Below the pieces are notes generated by a model. That model was not told the origin of the DNA, made no database searches, and saw only the letters and a program-made list of their open reading frames with translations. A program made the translations under genes and the position numbers. Of a stretch of 64,000 bases of DNA, positions 10,944-19,739 are shown one piece after another (position 1 is the first letter of the stretch; each line of letters begins with the position of its first letter). The DNA lies in IMG/VR virus record IMGVR_UViG_3300032334_001433, positions 1-64,000 of that record. One strand, given 5' to 3'. The stretch is from a virus (lineage: Duplodnaviria; Caudoviricetes).

Positions 10944-12128
10944 ATGGCTGGTATAAACTATAGAGTTTTAGGACAAGTAAACCCAACTAACGGGGTAACT
11001 ACTGCACTATATACTGTTCCAAATAATTACTCTACACGAGTAACAACTCTTGCCGTTTGCAACTATTCAAATGCAGCAACAAGATTTAGTATTGCTGTCC
11101 AACCATCAAATGCAACAATTGCGGCAAATAGTTATTTAAATTATAATACATGGGCACCTGCATATGATACTACTTTGTTACATACAGGAGTATCATTAAA
11201 TGATTCGGACGTTATTTCCGTAGTCACAAATGGTTCATCTAATGTCAGTTACACCCTTTTTGGATTTGAAACATCCAAAGATATGCCAACATTATCAAGT
11301 ATAGAATATTTGGTAATTGCCGGCGGTGGCGGCGGCGGTGACGGCCCTGGAGGATATGGTGGTGGCGGCGGTGGAGCCGGTGGATTTAGAACAGGCAATA
11401 CTCAAATACAAACAAGTGCAAATCTTGTTGTGGTAGTTGGAGCAGGCGGTACTAATAGTACAAACGGAAGCAATTCATACATTCTTGGCGGAAATCCTGC
11501 AGCAGGATATGTTATAAATCTAATATCTGTAGGCGGTGGCCGAGGCGCAAGTTATAGTGGTTCAGTTATACCTGCCGGTTCTGGTGGTTCTGGTGGCGGC
11601 GGTACAAATCTTAATGGTGATGCTGGTGGTACTGGTATTGCAGGCCAAGGATTTGCTGGCGGTCAAGGCGGCGGGCAGGCAACATACTATAACAACGGCG
11701 GTGGCGGCGGTGGCGCTAGTGCGGTTGGTACCGGCGGATCGTATGATGGTACTGGCGGCGCAGGTGCATATTCTGCAATAACAGGAACAAATATTGCCTA
11801 CGCCGGCGGTGGCGGAGGTGGAACAAACTGGGGCCCTAGTACAGGGGGCAGAGTAAGTTATGGTGGTGTCGGTGGTGGCGGCCAAGGCACAGCCTATGGT
11901 ACATTTTCGCAAAATCCACCAACTGCTGGTACAACAAATACTGGTAGTGGAGGAGGCGGAGGTGGTTCGGGTACAACTGGAGGTTATGGAGGTTCAGGTA
12001 TAGTTATAGTTCGTTATCCAACATATTATAGTGCAGCAACAACAACAGGATCGCCAAATGTAACAATTAGTGGCGGTTATAGAATTTATAGGTTCTGGCA
12101 AACCGGCTCAATTTATTTTAATAAATAG
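10944..12128 (+). CDS. small beta-rich domain fused to polyglycine domain
   Basis: First ~112 aa align by eye with the 110-aa ORF at 12522; remainder is the Gly-rich domain. Confidence 0.8.
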   Translation: MAGINYRVLGQVNPTNGVTTALYTVPNNYSTRVTTLAVCNYSNAATRFSIAVQPSNATIAANSYLNYNTWAPAYDTTLLHTGVSLNDSDVISVVTNGSSNVSYTLFGFETSKDMPTLSSIEYLVIAGGGGGGDGPGGYGGGGGGAGGFRTGNTQIQTSANLVVVVGAGGTNSTNGSNSYILGGNPAAGYVINLISVGGGRGASYSGSVIPAGSGGSGGGGTNLNGDAGGTGIAGQGFAGGQGGGQATYYNNGGGGGGASAVGTGGSYDGTGGAGAYSAITGTNIAYAGGGGGGTNWGPSTGGRVSYGGVGGGGQGTAYGTFSQNPPTAGTTNTGSGGGGGGSGTTGGYGGSGIVIVRYPTYYSAATTTGSPNVTISGGYRIYRFWQTGSIYFNK

Positions 12129-12162
12129 TCGGATATCAATTAATTTATCACAAGGAGATAAA

Positions 12163-12510
12163 ATGTCGCATTTTGCAAAAGTAGAAGATGGTATTGTAAC
12201 ACAAGTAATCGTAGTAGAGCAAGACGTTATTAATACTGGTTTATTCGGAGACCCAGAATCTTGGGTACAAACATCATATAACACATACGGTGGCGAGCAT
12301 CGTAATGGTGGCACGCCTTTGCGTAAGAATTATGCAGGTATTGGTTACAGTTATGATTCTCAAAGAGACGCATTTATTGCACCAAAACCATTTGCAAGCT
12401 GGGTTCTAGATGAGAGCACTTGCATTTGGAACGCCCCTGTTACTATGCCTACAGAAGGTGGTCCTTACAGATGGGATGAGGAAACAGTTAATTGGGTAGC
12501 AGTTAGCTAA
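12163..12510 (+). CDS. conserved phage protein within adhesin cluster
   Basis: AGGAG 7-8 nt before ATG 12163; MSHFAKV...WVQTSYN...LRKNYAGIGYSYD..RDAFIAPKP..SW.LDE..C.W.AP motif set. Confidence 0.8.
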   Translation: MSHFAKVEDGIVTQVIVVEQDVINTGLFGDPESWVQTSYNTYGGEHRNGGTPLRKNYAGIGYSYDSQRDAFIAPKPFASWVLDESTCIWNAPVTMPTEGGPYRWDEETVNWVAVS

Positions 12511-12521
12511 AGAGAACGCAT

Positions 12522-12854
12522 ATGGCAATAACGTATAAAGTTTTGGGGCAAGCCGCCCCAGCTGCAACCACAAATACTGTACTATATACTGTACCTGCAT
12601 ATATGAGTGCGGCGACATCTACGTTATCCATATGCAATCAAAATGCTACCGATGCAAGATTTCGTGTAGCTGTACAGCCTGCAAATGCATCTATACAGTT
12701 TAAACATTATATTGCATATGATACAATTTTACCCGCATATGAAACCATTTCATTAACTATAGGGATGACATTGGCAACTACGGATGTAGTTACCGTGTAT
12801 GCAAACACAACAAATATTAGTTTTAATTTATTTGGGTCAGAGATTAATACATGA
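12522..12854 (+). CDS. small beta-rich virion-type protein, paralog of N-terminus of 10944
   Basis: YKVLGQ..P....T.LYTVP...CN...F..AVQP...LFG.E shared with 10944. Confidence 0.8.
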   Translation: MAITYKVLGQAAPAATTNTVLYTVPAYMSAATSTLSICNQNATDARFRVAVQPANASIQFKHYIAYDTILPAYETISLTIGMTLATTDVVTVYANTTNISFNLFGSEINT

Positions 12855-13681
12855 CCTTAAGACGATATAGTACTACTAAAGTTAGCCGGTCACGAGTTTT
12901 TTCGACGTCCGGCACAACTACTAGTAATAACGTAAGTCGTCAGATGAGAATAGATTATTTAATTGTTGCTGGCGGCGGTGGCGGAGGCGGCAATCCTAGC
13001 ATAGATTCTGATAGAGATGGCGGTGGCGGTGCTGGCGGGCTTGTTATGGGATCCGTCGCTGCAAGTAAATTTGGAATAGGAACAGCAATATCTATACAGA
13101 TTGGAACTGCAGGAACAACATCTACTTCCCCAACTGCGGGCAGTGATAGTTATTTAGGTCCTGTAATTGCGTATGGTGGGGGCAAAGGTGGATATTTTGG
13201 TTCCAATGCCGGCACAGGCGGTTCTGGAGGTGGGTCGGGAAGAAATTCAAGTCCTGCAGGAAAAACTCAAATAAGTTATCCGGAATATGGTGGGACTGGA
13301 TTTGGTAACGCAGGCGGCGGCCAAGGAGATGGAATATTTGCATCTTCCGCAGGTGGTGGCGGTGGTGCTTTAGGTCCTGGTGGATTTTCTGGTGGCAATT
13401 CTGGTGGTTTAGGAATGGTATCAACTATTACTGGATCTGCAGTAACATATGCAAGCGGAGGCAGGGCAGGATCATTAATAACATATCCAACAAATACTGG
13501 TTCTGGGGGCAGTGTCCAACCATATGGTGGCACGACTCAACCAACAGATGGTATTGTGATAGTAAGACATTTGGCATCGTACCCTCAAGCAACAACTACT
13601 GGTTCTCCAACAATAACAATATATGGTAATTATATAATTTACACGTTTACGAGTTCTGGCTCAATAACATTCCCGGGATAG
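12851..13681 (+). CDS. polyglycine adhesin-like protein with basic N-terminus
   Basis: ATGA overlap with 12522 gene; DYLIVAGGGG; C-term IYTFTSSGSITFPG. Confidence 0.8.
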   Translation: MTLRRYSTTKVSRSRVFSTSGTTTSNNVSRQMRIDYLIVAGGGGGGGNPSIDSDRDGGGGAGGLVMGSVAASKFGIGTAISIQIGTAGTTSTSPTAGSDSYLGPVIAYGGGKGGYFGSNAGTGGSGGGSGRNSSPAGKTQISYPEYGGTGFGNAGGGQGDGIFASSAGGGGGALGPGGFSGGNSGGLGMVSTITGSAVTYASGGRAGSLITYPTNTGSGGSVQPYGGTTQPTDGIVIVRHLASYPQATTTGSPTITIYGNYIIYTFTSSGSITFPG

Positions 13682-13685
13682 AATA

Positions 13686-15353
13686 ATGTCAATCATTTTT
13701 AACAATATAAGTATTTTTGGTAATTTATCTGTAGTAACACCTTACATACAATTGGCTCCAAGCACTGTTGAATACTTAGTTGTAGCTGGCGGCGGTTCTG
13801 GTGGTTATGGTAACGGTGGAGGAGGCGGCGCTGGAGGATATCTTGCAAATGTTGGATATTCGGTAAATACTACTGGAATTTATACTATAACCGTTGGAGC
13901 TGGAGGATCATCTTATTCTTCTGGTTCAAATTCTGTTTTGTCTGGAGCAATAACAGTAACAGCAATTGGTGGCGGTAAAGGTGGTTCTAGTGCAGGTGGA
14001 ATTAACGGAATAGGTGGTGGTTCTGGCGGCGGCGGCGCTAGACAAAGTGGAACTGCTGGTAGCGGAACTTCTGGGCAAGGAAATGCTGGAGGTGTTGGGT
14101 CGAGTGGAGATTTTTCTGGCGGTGGAGGTGGTGGCGCCGGCGGAGTTGGTGGTGGTGGTAGCAGCGGCACCTCTGGTGCTGGTGGCGCAGGATTATATTC
14201 TACAATATCTGGTTCAAATGTTGCTTACGCAGGTGGCGGTAGTGGTGGTAGTTATGGATTGTCTGTAGGTTCTGGCGGTATTGGTGGTGGTGCTACCGGC
14301 ACTAATTCAAGTACAAAACCAACCGGTGCTACTCAAAATACAGGCGGCGGCGGTGGTGGCGCAGGATATTCTGGTTCGGAAGTTTCTACTTTGAGCGGAG
14401 ATGGAGGTTCTGGTGTTGTAATCATACGTTATCCATCTGATTATAAATTAGCAACATCAACGACAGGTTCTCCAAACGTAGTAACATCTGGCGGCAATGT
14501 AAGTTACATATTCACACAATCTGGTTCAATATATTGGGGCAACCCACCTTCTCTTGAGTATTTAGTTGTTGCTGGCGGCGGCGCAGGCGGCGGATCTTAT
14601 CTAGGCGGCGGCGGCGGCGCCGGCGGATATGTGACCGGAACATCTTTAAGTACAACTTTTGGTGCTACTATTACTATTACTGTTGGCGCCGGAGGAACTG
14701 GAGTATTAACAAATAATGGCGGATATGGATCAAATTCTGTTATTATAGGAGCCAACACAATTACAAGTATTGGTGGCGGTGGCGGTGGCTCCGGAGGTTC
14801 TTCAGGCGGAACACAAAGTCCAGGCAATCCTGGTGGTTCTGGTGGTGGTTCTACAGGATATTATACAGGCGCCGGCGGCGCAGGTACCTCAGGCCAAGGA
14901 AATAACGGTGGTACAGGAGCCACGTACGGCGCTGGCGGAGGCGGTGGCGCAGGCGCAGCCGGTAGTGCTGGTACTAGTGTCAATGGCGGCAATGGTGGTA
15001 TAGGATTATATTCCACTATTTCTGGAGCAAATGTTGCGTATGCCGGCGGTGGCGGGGGTGCAGCATATACAGGGACAAAAGGCACCGGTGGCACTGGCGG
15101 CGGCGGTGACGGAGAAGCGTATGGTGGCACTCCTGCGGCTGTAACAGGAACATCGAACACGGGCGGAGGTGGCGGTGGTGGCGGCGGGTATGGCGGACAA
15201 ACTGCTGGTGGAAATGGTGGATCGGGTGTTGTTATACTGCGATATCTTGATTCTGGTCCAGCGCCGGCATCCACAATAGGTTCACCAAACGTAACTGTTA
15301 CTGGTGGTTATAGAATATATAGATTCTGGCAATCCGGTTCAATAACTTTCTAA
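13686..15353 (+). CDS. polyglycine adhesin-like protein, two tandem domains
   Basis: Two units joined by TQSGSIYWGNPPSL; N-tag MSIIFNNISIFGNL. Confidence 0.85.
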   Translation: MSIIFNNISIFGNLSVVTPYIQLAPSTVEYLVVAGGGSGGYGNGGGGGAGGYLANVGYSVNTTGIYTITVGAGGSSYSSGSNSVLSGAITVTAIGGGKGGSSAGGINGIGGGSGGGGARQSGTAGSGTSGQGNAGGVGSSGDFSGGGGGGAGGVGGGGSSGTSGAGGAGLYSTISGSNVAYAGGGSGGSYGLSVGSGGIGGGATGTNSSTKPTGATQNTGGGGGGAGYSGSEVSTLSGDGGSGVVIIRYPSDYKLATSTTGSPNVVTSGGNVSYIFTQSGSIYWGNPPSLEYLVVAGGGAGGGSYLGGGGGAGGYVTGTSLSTTFGATITITVGAGGTGVLTNNGGYGSNSVIIGANTITSIGGGGGGSGGSSGGTQSPGNPGGSGGGSTGYYTGAGGAGTSGQGNNGGTGATYGAGGGGGAGAAGSAGTSVNGGNGGIGLYSTISGANVAYAGGGGGAAYTGTKGTGGTGGGGDGEAYGGTPAAVTGTSNTGGGGGGGGGYGGQTAGGNGGSGVVILRYLDSGPAPASTIGSPNVTVTGGYRIYRFWQSGSITF

Positions 15354-15359
15354 ATAAAA

Positions 15360-16181
15360 ATGGCATTCATATTCACAAATCTCAATTTTGGCGGTACAAT
15401 TTCAGTAACTGCTCCTAGTTTGGTATCTCCAATTGTAGAATACTTAGTTGTTGCTGGCGGAGGATCTGGCGGTGGACCTGGTAGTTCGAGCGGAGCAGGT
15501 GGAGGTGGAGCAGGAGGTTTACTTTTATCCAATGTAATCGGATATTATGGAGTTACTTATACAATAACGGTTGGTGGGGGAGCATCAGGTGGCGCTGGGA
15601 CAAACGCTGCAGGATCTAATGGATCAAATTCTTCAATTACATCATCATCAACAACAAGTGTTATAGCCCTTGGCGGCGGATATGGATCGTTATTTCCAAA
15701 TGGTGGAGATGGTGGTTCTGGTGGCGGAACTTCTGGTAACGGGTCATACTATCCTGGCAGAGGCGGATATGGTACAGCTGGCCAAGGAAATAATGGTGCG
15801 GTTGGTACTGGAACACTAACAAGCGGCGCCACAACAGGTGGCGGTGGCGGCGGTGCGGGCGGTGCCGGTAGTACAAACAGTTCGGGTGGTTCTGGTCTTA
15901 GTAATAGTATTACAGGGTCGTCTGTTACATATGCTGCAGGCGGCGCTGGCGGTAGCAGCGGTGGCGGTACTGGTTCTGCAGGTGGATCTAATACAGGTAA
16001 TGGAGGAGCAGGTTGCGGTGGTGGCGGCGGTACTGGAGCAGCGGGTGGTTCTGGTATTGTAGTTCTTCGATATGCAGATTCAAATCCAGCGGCAGCAAAC
16101 ACAGTAGGTTCACCAAATGTAACTGTTACCGGCGGTTATAGAATATATAGATTCTGGCAATCTGGAACAATAACTTTTTAA
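15360..16181 (+). CDS. polyglycine adhesin-like protein
   Basis: N-tag MAFIFTNLNFGGTI and domain signatures. Confidence 0.85.
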   Translation: MAFIFTNLNFGGTISVTAPSLVSPIVEYLVVAGGGSGGGPGSSSGAGGGGAGGLLLSNVIGYYGVTYTITVGGGASGGAGTNAAGSNGSNSSITSSSTTSVIALGGGYGSLFPNGGDGGSGGGTSGNGSYYPGRGGYGTAGQGNNGAVGTGTLTSGATTGGGGGGAGGAGSTNSSGGSGLSNSITGSSVTYAAGGAGGSSGGGTGSAGGSNTGNGGAGCGGGGGTGAAGGSGIVVLRYADSNPAAANTVGSPNVTVTGGYRIYRFWQSGTITF

Positions 16182-17126
16182 ATGTTTACCTTTCAAAATC
16201 TTAGTTTTGCTGGAACTTGGTCTGCCGTAGGATTGCCCAGCGCAGCCACTGCTCCGTCAACTATAGATTATTTGGTTGTAGCTGGAGGTGGAGGCGGTCC
16301 GGGTGCATACTATGGAGGTGGTGGTGGCGCTGGAGGTTTACGTTCTACAGTAACAACAACCGGCGGCGGAGGAAATCTTGAATCTCAGTTATCAGTTGTT
16401 GCTAGTACAACATATAATATAACTGTAGGCGCAGGTGGAACCGCCGGTGGATCTGGCAACGCTGGTAATAATGGTTCAAATTCATCTATAATTGGAGGAG
16501 CAGTCAATATAGTATCCTTGGGTGGTGGCGGAGGGCAGTTCTATTTAACTGGTGCGCCTGCCGGCCAAGGTGGTTCTGGTGGTGGCGCCGGGTCTGGTTC
16601 TACATATAGTATTTTGGGCACAGCAAATCAAGGATATAACGGTGGCACAGGCGGAGGTGGCGGTGGTTCTACGGGTGCTGGCTCTGGTGGTGGGGGCGGT
16701 GGTGGCGCTGGAGGCGTTGGTGGCAACGGGGTAAATAATGGATATCCTAGTGGTACTGGTGGCTCAGGCGGTCCAGGAATATACACTACTATTAGCGGAG
16801 CAAATGTTGCATATGGTGGCGGCGGTGGCGGTGCAGGATATGCAAGTGGAGGGTCTCAAACTTATCCAGGCGGTGTAGGTGGCGGCGGTGTAGGTGGAGC
16901 CGGCGGTTCTTCTGCTACTGCAGGTACGGCAAATACTGGGGGTGGCGGAGGCGCCGATGATGGTCATGCATTTACTACAGGTAAAGATGGAGGTTCCGGT
17001 ATAGTTATCATCCGCTATTCTAGTTCTTATAATGCGGCATCTGCTACAACAGGTTCACCAAACGTAACTGTTACTGGTGGTTATAGAATATACCAATTCA
17101 CGAGTTCTGGCTCAATAACTTTTTAA
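16182..17126 (+). CDS. polyglycine adhesin-like protein
   Basis: N-tag MFTFQNLSFAGTW and domain signatures. Confidence 0.85.
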   Translation: MFTFQNLSFAGTWSAVGLPSAATAPSTIDYLVVAGGGGGPGAYYGGGGGAGGLRSTVTTTGGGGNLESQLSVVASTTYNITVGAGGTAGGSGNAGNNGSNSSIIGGAVNIVSLGGGGGQFYLTGAPAGQGGSGGGAGSGSTYSILGTANQGYNGGTGGGGGGSTGAGSGGGGGGGAGGVGGNGVNNGYPSGTGGSGGPGIYTTISGANVAYGGGGGGAGYASGGSQTYPGGVGGGGVGGAGGSSATAGTANTGGGGGADDGHAFTTGKDGGSGIVIIRYSSSYNAASATTGSPNVTVTGGYRIYQFTSSGSITF

Positions 17127-17131
17127 ATAAA

Positions 17132-18856
17132 ATGGCATTTACAATTCAAAATCTTATTCTCGGCGGCAATATGCAAACATCGCAGCCTGCCCTTGGTGCA
17201 CCTTCCGCAGTAGAATACTTAGTTGTTGCTGGTGGGGGTGGCGGCAGCGGATCTAATAACGGCGCAGGCCGAACTGCAGGCGGCGGCGCTGGAGGTTTTC
17301 GAACAAGTACAGGATATTCTGTAAACACTTCTGCAACTTATACTATAACCGTTGGGGCGGGCGGCGCAGGCGGAACTACTTATACAAGTTTTCCAGTAAA
17401 AGGCAATAATTCATCTTTCGCTACTATTACTAGTACAGGTGGAGGATATGGTTCAAATGACGGAGACAATGCTGGTACTGGAGGTTCGGGCGGTGGTTCA
17501 TCTTATTCTGGAAGAACTCCTGGATCAGGAAATCAAGGAGGATATTCTCCTGTAGAAGGATATGCGGGTGGAACTGGAACTGGTTCATCCGGTGGCGGCG
17601 GTGGCGGTGCCGGTGCGGTTGGTAGTGACGGAAATGGTGCAGGCAATGCTAGTGGCGGTATTGGTGTATCTTCTTCTATTAGTGGAACTGCTACTTACTA
17701 TGCAGGCGGGGGAGGAGCAGGCGTATATTCAGGAGGATCTGCAGGCGCGGGCGGTCTTGGCGGAGGAGGTAGTGGCGGCGGTTCTGGAGCCAATGGTACA
17801 AGTGGAACTACAAATACTGGAGGCGGCGGCGGTTCTGGAGGTACAAGTGGAGGCAATGGTGGTGCAGGTGGCTCTGGAGTTGTAATCATTCGTTACCCAT
17901 CTGATTATACTGCAGCAATTACCACAACTGGTTTGCCAAATGTAAGTGTAACAGGCGGTTATAGAATATACCAATTCAATAGTTCTGGAACAATATCTTG
18001 GGCCCCGGTCTTATTTATCGAATATTTAGTTGTTGCTGGTGGTGCTAGTGGTGGTTCTCCATATGCTGGAGGCGGCGGTGCAGGTGGATTTAGATCATCA
18101 GTAATTGGCTCTACTAGTGGAGGCGGTGCCAGCGCTGAATCTGTATTAAGTGTAAGTGTAGGAACTACATATACAGTAACAGTAGGTGCAGGTGGAGCAT
18201 CGCTAAATAATACGTCTACTCCTGGAAACAATGGGTCAAATTCAGTATTTGGCACTATTACATCTATTGGTGGTGGTGGAGGCGGTTGGCGATATAGTAG
18301 TGGTTCGGGGTCTAATGGGTCTTCTGGTGGTTCTGGAGGAGGGGCAAACGATAATTACTGGGGTGGTTATAGTTTTACCGGTGGCGCAGGAACAACAGGG
18401 CAAGGATACGCTGGTGGTAGTGGAAGAGCAAGTAGTGGTTTATTAAGTTCTGGTGGTGGTGGAGCCGGTGCTGTTGGTGTAAGTGCTTCTTCAGGAGGTA
18501 CGGGAGGTGCTGGCCAAACAAATCCTATAACTGGAACAGCAACATATTATGCTGGCGGCGGCGGGGGCGGCGCATATACTGGACAAAGTGGTGGCTCGGG
18601 TGGTGTTGGTGGTGGTGGTCGAGGATCAGGCGGCGGGCTGGCTTCTGTTGACGGAACTACAAATACTGGTAGCGGTGGTGGTGGTGGCGGAGACGGAGGA
18701 TATGAAGCATCAGGGGCAGGAGGTTCTGGAATAGTTATTATTCGTTATGCGGACTCAAATGCAGCAGCATCAAATACAATAGGTTCTCCTAATGTAACCG
18801 TTTCGGGTGGTTACAGAGTATACCAATTCACGAGTTCCGGTTCAATAACTTTCTAA
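17132..18856 (+). CDS. polyglycine adhesin-like protein, two tandem domains
   Basis: Two units joined by NSSGTISWAPVLFI; N-tag MAFTIQNLILGGNM. Confidence 0.85.
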   Translation: MAFTIQNLILGGNMQTSQPALGAPSAVEYLVVAGGGGGSGSNNGAGRTAGGGAGGFRTSTGYSVNTSATYTITVGAGGAGGTTYTSFPVKGNNSSFATITSTGGGYGSNDGDNAGTGGSGGGSSYSGRTPGSGNQGGYSPVEGYAGGTGTGSSGGGGGGAGAVGSDGNGAGNASGGIGVSSSISGTATYYAGGGGAGVYSGGSAGAGGLGGGGSGGGSGANGTSGTTNTGGGGGSGGTSGGNGGAGGSGVVIIRYPSDYTAAITTTGLPNVSVTGGYRIYQFNSSGTISWAPVLFIEYLVVAGGASGGSPYAGGGGAGGFRSSVIGSTSGGGASAESVLSVSVGTTYTVTVGAGGASLNNTSTPGNNGSNSVFGTITSIGGGGGGWRYSSGSGSNGSSGGSGGGANDNYWGGYSFTGGAGTTGQGYAGGSGRASSGLLSSGGGGAGAVGVSASSGGTGGAGQTNPITGTATYYAGGGGGGAYTGQSGGSGGVGGGGRGSGGGLASVDGTTNTGSGGGGGGDGGYEASGAGGSGIVIIRYADSNAAASNTIGSPNVTVSGGYRVYQFTSSGSITF

Positions 18857-18860
18857 ATAA

Positions 18861-19733
18861 ATGTCGTTTACTATTCAAAACATTATTTTTGGCGGAAATA
18901 TGTTGGCGTTCCAAGCGCCAATAGATCCGCTCATAGTTGAATACTTAGTTGTTGCTGGAGGAGGTGGTGGCGGCGCACGTTATGGCGGCGGTGGAGGTGC
19001 AGGTGGCTATAGAGCCAATACCGGATATTCTGTTTCTACTGGAACACCAATTACTGTTACGGTAGGTGGAGGTGGCAATGGCGGTGCAGTCGGTGCTTAC
19101 AATGCAGGTGTCTCTGGATCAGACTCAGTTTTCGGCACTATTACATCTACGGGCGGTGGCGGTGGCGGTAATGGAGCAAAAAATGGTGGTTCTGGCGGTG
19201 GAGGAAGTTATGATGCTGCATATGGTTTAGGAAATACTCCTGCAACTGTTCCATCACAAGGTAATAATGGCGGATCTGGTATTATAGTATCGGGATGTCC
19301 TAGAGCAGGGGGTGGCGGTGGAGCAGGAGCCGTTGGAGCAGATGCTGTGGGTGGTAATGGAGGTAACGGCGGCGCTGGATTATATTCTACAATAACTAGT
19401 TCAAATGTTGCCTATGCTGGAGGTGGAGGCGGTGGCGTTTATTTAAATGGAACTACTGCAGGAACTGGAGGTGTTGGGGGCGGAGGAAATGCTGGCACCC
19501 CAAATGTTGGAAACGGCAATGCAGGAACAACAAATACCGGTGGCGGCGGCGGTGGCGGAAGTTGGAGCAATACTACAGACACAAGTGGTGGCTCTGGAGG
19601 CTCGGGCATTGTTGTAATTAGTTACGCTAATACATATGGTTACGCAACCAATACAATTGGATCTCCAAACGTAATAACTTCCGGCGGTAATATAATCTAT
19701 AGATTCTGGCAATCAGGTTCAATAACTTTCTAA
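18861..19733 (+). CDS. polyglycine adhesin-like protein
   Basis: N-tag MSFTIQNIIFGGNM and domain signatures. Confidence 0.85.
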   Translation: MSFTIQNIIFGGNMLAFQAPIDPLIVEYLVVAGGGGGGARYGGGGGAGGYRANTGYSVSTGTPITVTVGGGGNGGAVGAYNAGVSGSDSVFGTITSTGGGGGGNGAKNGGSGGGGSYDAAYGLGNTPATVPSQGNNGGSGIIVSGCPRAGGGGGAGAVGADAVGGNGGNGGAGLYSTITSSNVAYAGGGGGGVYLNGTTAGTGGVGGGGNAGTPNVGNGNAGTTNTGGGGGGGSWSNTTDTSGGSGGSGIVVISYANTYGYATNTIGSPNVITSGGNIIYRFWQSGSITF

Positions 19734-19739
19734 ATAAAA

